NCBI RefSeq assembly: GCF_963853765.1
Contig: NC_088855.1
Coordinates: 21,390,001 to 21,454,000, forward strand
Length of the DNA: 64,000 nucleotides
Origin: Magallana gigas
Taxonomy: Eukaryota
Reading direction: 5' to 3'
Of this stretch, positions 57,475 to 64,000 are shown one piece after another (position 1 is the first letter of the stretch; the number at the start of each line of letters is the position of its first letter). The notes beneath the pieces are model-generated. The model had not been told where the DNA came from. It ran no database searches and worked only from the letters and a program-made list of their open reading frames with translations. Both the position numbers and the translations under genes were made by a program.

Positions 57475-59937
57475 TTGAAGTATATACCCAGTAATATCAA
57501 AATTAACATTTTCATTTTAACGCTTGTAAAAGCTAGTTATGTTCATGGATGTTTTTAAAGGTAGCTCGCGGGTTTACCTGCTTGTGAGAAAATCTACCTT
57601 GAAAATTTGTCCACGTTTCAGAGTTTTATTTCTAAAATTTATTTGAGATTCGTCTGCGCGGTACGTAATAATGATATAGTGTTTCAAATACAGTGTCATT
57701 GATAAAATCAAGCAACACAATTTCAATGAAATATATAGTAAAATGCACACCTTAGTCGAGAAACGCATTACAAAACTATGCTTCAAACTTTTATACGATT
57801 CAGACGAAATTAATCATATTCAACACAATAACAGAGCAGATAATTATGAATCAATCAATAAAAAATAATCAGTATGTGTTCTCGGCCAATTTTTGGCAAA
57901 ACAAAAAGATTTCTCAAAACCTTATATTTTCATTACGACGTTAGCCCGACGTCACCATTTCTTTAAAGTCTGAGAACCCAAAAATTGAAATGCATTTATT
58001 GACAAGACTAGCTGATTAACACATTTTAGAACATGTAAATACTAATTAGACATTATTGTGAATGTTATCAAATGCACAAATAAATGTAAGGCTTTAAAGA
58101 TACAGAAAATTGCTATTTTTGTTTTTATGAAACTGAGTCAATCAATGCAAAAGAAATTGCCAGTCAACTACTACTGACATAATAAGTTTGTAATCGTATA
58201 AAATAATTAGCTCAAGCCAAAATAATTTAAAAAATTTGATCGGTAGTTAAAATTACGTAACTTATAATTGTAAAAAAAAAAATTCGAAGTTAATGAATAC
58301 GGTTCAATTAATTTCCTTTTCTATTTTAAAACATGATTTTAAATGGAAGATCGAGTTCCAACGCACACTCATTCTTTATAGAACAAAATGTGACAGTGTA
58401 TGTGGCATCTTTAAATTTTCAGCACTTCATAATTATAAATGTCAACGCTAAAAAGATATAGAAATCTTCTTTACAAAATTCTTCTCTGCCTCTTCTTGAT
58501 TCAACTTTAGATCTTGTAAAACATTGTAATAATCGTTCCTCTTTATAATATGTATTAATGAAGCCAGACGGTTGTGACTATTTTATAGAATTTACCAACG
58601 TTCGGCTTTTCACTGTGTCGAGACGTAAATCATAACGAATTAAAATGAAAAAAACAGTAGTAAGTTTGAAAATGATATTGCATGGACTTGTTGTTCTTAA
58701 CTCAGAGTCCTTATAACGCAATATATTTACATCCACTAAGCACGGTTCCCTCTCTTTCTTACGGTAATTGGTTGTAATTCATTTCTCTACAGAAACTAAC
58801 GGGACTGAAATCTACACGATCCAGTTCTAACCAGTTTGTCGATCAGCAACCTAAGAAAAAAAAGAACACGGACTGCACGAAATAATCATGACGGTGTCAG
58901 ACTTGAATTCCCATATAGTACGACTTAGCTATTTCTTTTGATCTCAGTCTTACTTTTCTGCTATATACATTTCTTTTGTAAAAGTGAGACTGAGATCATG
59001 TACGTTAACAATGATTTAGTTACTTTTACTTACTCTTTACGATCAATTCATTTATTTGTTAAAAGAAAGATGTAATACAAACAATAAACTGCTTTCTTTG
59101 ATTATTCATTCGGGTTATGAACGAAGCAATCATTGCAGAAAGAAATCATTTAATTGTTTTTAAAAAAAATTATTTTTGGTTTACTCACATTAAAGTTAGA
59201 TCATTTCTGATCTGTTCAGGTCTTTTAACTAGTATGGGGCCAGAAATCAATTAAAGATTCGTAATCTTTCTCGAAAGAAAAAACGAAAACATATTTATTT
59301 GCAATAATTGACCCGAAATATTTCACGATCATATGATTACAAATTAATGTCTTTTTAGCTCAAGTTACAATGAGTTGTTTAATCCCAGAACTTTTTTTTA
59401 AAAGAACGTTAAACGTGTTAAAAGCTATTTTAATTGATTTTCTCGAAACGTATAGGTTCAATGGGGTTACATCCAACACATATTCAGTTACTCCCTAAAG
59501 AAGAAAGGAGTAAAGAATTTGTTTAAACTGATTTGGAAATAGCAAAACCTAATAGACCTTAAAATAGATTACAAAAATCATTGTGCGCTTTGACCTCAAA
59601 GCAAATTAGGGTATATACTACTTTTGACGCAGTGAAAATTTACGTAAAATTTCAATTTAAGGGAGAGAAAAAGATAAATGGCACTTCAATTTCTATAATA
59701 TTTATTTTTAGAACAAGATTCAAAGTAGCAAGGTAAAATAGAGCGAATTAAAAAAAAGACCCAATCATATTGCAATGCTGAAGAATTATGAGTTCATTGT
59801 TATAAAGACATAATTTTTCACTTTTTACAGTACATGTACATCATGGCTTTGTGGCGGTAAAATATAAAGTAAAATTCAACGAAAAACAAAGTAAAAACAA
59901 AACAGAACAAAAAACAAACAAATCTTTGGTATCGAGT

Positions 59938-60591
59938 CTATTTCAAAGATATTCTCTCATGTTCAAACAACGTGATTTTCCTCGCATTTTTTAAGCAGTC
60001 CGCTTCAACAAATTTTTGTTTGCAAGCTGTGAATGCATCTCTGGCCTTCACAGGTTCACCTTTTCTCCTGTATAACTCAACTAGAAATTGATAGACCTGT
60101 AAATCCGAATTAATTTCAGCTGATTTAATGAATTTATTTTCAGCGAGATTGTAACTTCCATATGACATTAACCACTGTCCTTCATATTTCAATATTGTTG
60201 TATTTTTATTGTCCGTTATGCTCTTCTCTACCATTTCCAAATAGCTCTCTTCTTGGGAATCAAACGAACGCTTTAACACGTGCATGGTACCATACCTGAA
60301 AACCTCTACATAACCTCGAGTAATAAACTGACGTGTTATTTTCATCACAAGATAATTGTATTCTTTTTGCCTAATCAAACATTTGAGTAAAAACGGAGTG
60401 TTTTGAATATGGACGTAATTCGATATTTGTGACGTAATTGATATTTCTCTGTTGCCATAGAAGGACCACACAGCCAGTCGACTTTCTTTCGAGAACTCCC
60501 TAAACTCTGTATTAATCAAGGAAAACCACGGAACATTTTGCCTCAAAACCGTATATCCTCCAGTCATGTGAATATCCCTGTCCATGAACAC
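59938..60591 (-). CDS. Intronless hypothetical protein (ORF3; 215 aa from the ATG at 60585), directly downstream of the hammerhead
   Basis: Open frame of 217 codons in AT-rich DNA, co-directional with the RT. No recognisable domain. Confidence 0.55.
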   Translation of the reverse strand: MFMDRDIHMTGGYTVLRQNVPWFSLINTEFREFSKESRLAVWSFYGNREISITSQISNYVHIQNTPFLLKCLIRQKEYNYLVMKITRQFITRGYVEVFRYGTMHVLKRSFDSQEESYLEMVEKSITDNKNTTILKYEGQWLMSYGSYNLAENKFIKSAEINSDLQVYQFLVELYRRKGEPVKARDAFTACKQKFVEADCLKNARKITLFEHERISLK

Positions 60592-60659
60592 ACCCGTGAC
60601 GTCACTTTGTTTTGAAAAAAGACGACATCAATCAACCAAACTTGTTGTAAATTTATTAA

Positions 60660-60790
60660 GACCCGACACTCTAGACCACATTATGAGTACACGTTATACA
60701 CTGATATTGTTATTATGGATGCATAGAGTGTTTCGGCGGTTTTTGTAAGAGTTATGGTTTTAACTCTTAAGGCCCGCCTCATCAGGGGTC
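60660..60790 (-). ncRNA. Type I hammerhead ribozyme, predicted GUC cleavage between 60665 and 60664
   Basis: Minus strand: GACCC-CTGATGA-GGCGG[..TAAGAGTTA/TAACTCTTA..]CCGCC-GAAA-CACTCTA[50 nt]TAGAGTG-TC-GGGTC. All core nucleotides and all three stems are present. Confidence 0.92.
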
Positions 60791-62742
60791 TACCTATTAT
60801 GATTTTCACATTTTTGTAATCGTGATTGAATTATCATTTCGCCGATATTCTTGTGTTTACTGTAGGCGATTATAGGTTCATTGGTAAATAGTTCTTTGCA
60901 TATTTCATCATTTTTAAGGACATTCCAGTATTTCAGGATGCGCTTTTTGAGACCCTTCAAGTGTGGGTTGTACTTGGTTATCATGACATTTGGTGGTCGT
61001 TGTTTGCATTTTATATCTGTTTTCACCAAGTATTTTTTTCTATTTGTGTTTTCCATTGTACGCACAGTGGGATCTATTTCCTTATCAGAGTAACCTCTCT
61101 TTGAAAGGTGTGTCTTGAAATCCGTTAGAATTGTAGATAGAATGCAAGGATTACTGGTATTCCTTGTATGTCTGATGCATTCGCCTTTTATGAACCCTTT
61201 AAAGACAGAAGGGCTGTGAGTGCTTTTTCTGTGTAGATATTGAAAATTGTTTGTTGGTTTTATATATGATTTAATATCAAGTATGTTATTTTCCTGAAAC
61301 CTCACGCCTTTGTATATAGTAGTGTCCAGAAAATTGACGCTTTTTTCTGAGATTTCATACGTGAATTTCAGGTGTTCGTGACATGTATTGCCGATGTCAA
61401 AAAATTCTAGAATTTCATTTTGTGTGCCGTTAAAGGCTATAAAACCATCGTCTCTAAATCGCCCGTGGTAAAGAACTTGATTGGCGAGTTTGAATTTTGA
61501 CATTATATAGTTGGTGATTTGATACATTCTTGTATCTGAAATTTCTGGAGATGGTATTGCACCCATACTGCATCCTATAATTTGTTTAAAGTATTTTCCA
61601 TTGAACTCAAAGTAATTGTTTTCCAAGACGCATTTCAATAAGAAGATAAGATCTTCGCTCTCTGGATAAGGAATGTCGATTTGTGGTTTGTTTGCGTTTT
61701 TGTAAGTTTCATTGACGGCGCTGAGTAATTCGCCGAATTCCATGTTGGTATACATACTAGTTACATCATATGTAATTAGTAACACCTCTGCTGGAAGTTC
61801 GAGAGTCTCAATTTTATTGATAAAATCGGCGGTGTCCTTAATATAAGTTGATTGATTTTGTACTATGGGAATGAGAAAGTAATCGCAATATGCGCCGATT
61901 TTCCGTGTTGGCGTATCACACTGTGAAATAATCGGGCGGCCAGGTGGTAATTGTCTGATGCTGCATAGGCCGTTTTGAAGGGCATATCGGACTTCATCTT
62001 TGATTTTGTGTATTTTAGGGAGCAAGTATAAATGACCGCATTTAAGCGATGGTTTGTTATCGCAGAGATAACGATACGTTTCCTTATCTATTGAGCCCTT
62101 AGAGTACATTTGCGTTACTCTATTTTGTATGATATGATGCAAGTTCTGTAGATCTGGTTTATCAACTTGCATGTAATGTTTTGATTTGAGTTGGCGCATG
62201 GCCTCTGCAATATATTGGTCTTTGTCCATAATAACAATTGTATTGCTTTTGTCCGCTTTTTTGATAACAATATTGTTATTGTTTCTCAGAGACGTCAGTG
62301 CTTCTCTTTCAAGCTTAGACGTATTATTTTGAATTTTCTTGATTGGAATAGATGACAATTCTAATTTAGTTTTGTCGATGTAATCCTCTAATGCATAACA
62401 TGTGAATGAGGGGTTGTAACCAGACGGTTTTCTGAATGGGTGAATTGGAAGATTTTCCCCTTTGTCAAAATGATACTTGCATCGGAGTTTTCTAGCAAAC
62501 TCGTCAAAGTCGTTCAAGATGACTTTTTTAGTGTTGCTGTTTTGTGGAGTCGGTATAAATTTTAAACCTTTACTGAGCACAGAATACTCGTGTTGGTTGA
62601 CTTTGTACTTAGATAGATTGAGTACATACTTCTGAGAGTTGTTCTCGTTATTTTTGTATGTATTTTTAAATTGCATTAGATTAGATTGGGATCTACGGTA
62701 GTTTTTTCTGGTTTTGTTCCGTTTATTAAAACGTCTTGCCAT
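60790..62742 (-). CDS. Penelope-like reverse transcriptase (650 aa from the first ATG) with no C-terminal GIY-YIG domain
   Basis: VLNLS..LSKGLKFIPTP, IKKADKSNTIVIMDK, YLLPKIHK, PGRPIIS, YDVTSMYTN, GCSMGAIPSP, RFRDDGF, FLDTTIY, KPTNNFQYL..STHS, PIIAYSKHKNIGEMIIQSRL, then a stop 8 codons later. Confidence 0.92.
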   Translation of the reverse strand: MARRFNKRNKTRKNYRRSQSNLMQFKNTYKNNENNSQKYVLNLSKYKVNQHEYSVLSKGLKFIPTPQNSNTKKVILNDFDEFARKLRCKYHFDKGENLPIHPFRKPSGYNPSFTCYALEDYIDKTKLELSSIPIKKIQNNTSKLEREALTSLRNNNNIVIKKADKSNTIVIMDKDQYIAEAMRQLKSKHYMQVDKPDLQNLHHIIQNRVTQMYSKGSIDKETYRYLCDNKPSLKCGHLYLLPKIHKIKDEVRYALQNGLCSIRQLPPGRPIISQCDTPTRKIGAYCDYFLIPIVQNQSTYIKDTADFINKIETLELPAEVLLITYDVTSMYTNMEFGELLSAVNETYKNANKPQIDIPYPESEDLIFLLKCVLENNYFEFNGKYFKQIIGCSMGAIPSPEISDTRMYQITNYIMSKFKLANQVLYHGRFRDDGFIAFNGTQNEILEFFDIGNTCHEHLKFTYEISEKSVNFLDTTIYKGVRFQENNILDIKSYIKPTNNFQYLHRKSTHSPSVFKGFIKGECIRHTRNTSNPCILSTILTDFKTHLSKRGYSDKEIDPTVRTMENTNRKKYLVKTDIKCKQRPPNVMITKYNPHLKGLKKRILKYWNVLKNDEICKELFTNEPIIAYSKHKNIGEMIIQSRLQKCENHNR

Positions 62743-63227
62743 TTTAATAAAGAATACCCAGAAATGTAGTAGATCTTTGTTACTTATGAGAATCAAAGGT
62801 TCCGTCTACTAAACGACTGGTCGATGTAGTAGAGGAAAGTAACTGGTTTGTTAAAATCCTTGGGAAGACATCAGAGAAGATAGCACGTGGCTTCAAACTA
62901 CGCCCCGTTTGAAACTGAGGCTAATACACCTAAATAACCACAACCCAAGTTGTGTAAACAATCCAAAGATAATGAATAAAAACAAATAATGCAAGTATAA
63001 TGGTATATTCTGGTATCACACGATATATAAACAATACAGTAGTATTATAATCTTTAACTAACAAAGTTAGTTATTAATTTTATGCATGTTCTTGATTATG
63101 AGGGTTTAAAATTTCCAATCATAGAATATTGTGCATCACATTGTCACAAAAACGCTATATTCATTTCGGGTAGAGTGTTTCCAGAAATTTTGATGTGAAC
63201 ACCCCGTTGGTCAGAACATTATAAGTG

Positions 63228-63935
63228 TCAATATGGCCTGCCTCTTAGTTGTTGTCTGCGTGGTCCAGGTCTACGGAAGGGTCTTCCGCGTGGTCTTTTA
63301 GACTGGTCCCGCGTTTGGGAGTTAGATTGGGTTGCTGTTGCCAACCTGCTCCTGAATTCCTGGATTTCCGATATCTGTTCTTGGTTGATTTTGGTAATGT
63401 TTTCGTCAAAGTGACGCTTTTCAATTTCAAAATCAACAGACTGGCGCCTTACTGCTTGGAGAGTTTGATTACGGATTTGGTTACTCTCCATTTCCTTGGT
63501 TTTGATTTCGGCCTCCACATAGTCAAGGACTAATTGGGCTGTTTGTTTATTCTGGGATTCGGCCAAGTCTCGCCAGAATTTTTCAAACTTCTCATTTCCT
63601 TCGCCGTCCAAGTTTAACGCACAGTAAGACCGGGTATGAAACCAAGTCGGAAATTTTCCTGTCTGGATGCCATAGCGTAAGCTTTCTTTCCTCTTTGCCA
63701 GGGTCAGGCGGTTTTGAAGTGTTTTGCGAATTTCTCCCAGTCCTTCAGAAATTATAGTAGATGAATTATCACTTCCCTCTGGAAGGTTGATCGTCAGATC
63801 AAGGTCTGGGATTGCGAATAAGGCTTCCTGGTTTGATGGAACCAAATCATCATCCATTTTGCTTTCATAACTGTTCTGCATATTACTAGTATTAGACTGT
63901 TTCTTAAGAGAGAGTCTGTTGAATCTGTGGAACAT
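63228..63935 (-). CDS. ORF1 of the Penelope-like element (235 aa; probable coiled coil, Arg-rich C-terminus)
   Basis: Intact ORF upstream of and co-directional with the RT. Glu/Gln/Lys-rich helical middle and an RPRGRPFRRPGPRRQQLRGRPY tail. Confidence 0.75.
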   Translation of the reverse strand: MFHRFNRLSLKKQSNTSNMQNSYESKMDDDLVPSNQEALFAIPDLDLTINLPEGSDNSSTIISEGLGEIRKTLQNRLTLAKRKESLRYGIQTGKFPTWFHTRSYCALNLDGEGNEKFEKFWRDLAESQNKQTAQLVLDYVEAEIKTKEMESNQIRNQTLQAVRRQSVDFEIEKRHFDENITKINQEQISEIQEFRSRLATATQSNSQTRDQSKRPRGRPFRRPGPRRQQLRGRPY

Positions 63936-64000
63936 ATTATAGGAATGAGATCGTGAAGTTGGTACACTGCCTTATAGTTTGTCGTAAGGAACATATTTTA

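Larger units (their letters stand above)
59938..64000 (-). mobile_element. Multi-ORF, endonuclease-less Penelope-like retroelement. Its 5' end probably lies beyond the window and its 3' boundary is uncertain.
   Basis: ORF1 + PLE RT + hammerhead on one strand. Membership of ORF3 is inferred from adjacency. Confidence 0.75.

Noticed and set aside
58440-58590. Short coding-like minus-strand stretch (NSHNRLASLIHIIKRNDYYNVLQDLKLNQEEAEKNF)
   Set aside because: No clear splice sites, start codon or recognisable homology
59938-60591. ORF3 as the missing GIY-YIG endonuclease
   Set aside because: No GIY/YIG-like pair followed by the conserved Arg and Glu could be placed by eye. A profile search is needed.
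63165-63215. Possible second hammerhead after ORF1 (shares GAAACACTCTA with the real one)
   Set aside because: The upstream core reads CTGACCA rather than CTGANGA, there is no convincing stem II, and no complementary TAGAGTG lies downstream

Overview
AT-rich, intron-containing animal genomic DNA. It is most likely oyster (Crassostrea/Magallana), inferred from the protein content and Helentron-type satellite-bearing repeats. There are two N gaps. Left to right: the 5' exons of an OPA1-like gene (minus); two intronless, convergent 14-3-3 genes; a cluster of three CARD-coding units (an orphan CARD first exon, an apparently CARD-only gene, and a complete 9-exon CARD-caspase with an NACRG active site); an 8-exon glutathione S-transferase kappa gene (minus) followed by a tandem copy of its exons 4-8; a small secreted Gly-rich WYPGGG-repeat peptide with an alpha-defensin-like Cys motif; and at the right end a Penelope-like retroelement with three intact co-directional ORFs, an RT that stops before the usual GIY-YIG endonuclease, and a complete type I hammerhead ribozyme starting at the RT stop codon. 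The rest is MITEs, HINE/Helentron-like satellite arrays and microsatellites. All gene models were built by hand from splice sites and reading phase. No database searches were run, so family assignments rest on recalled motifs.
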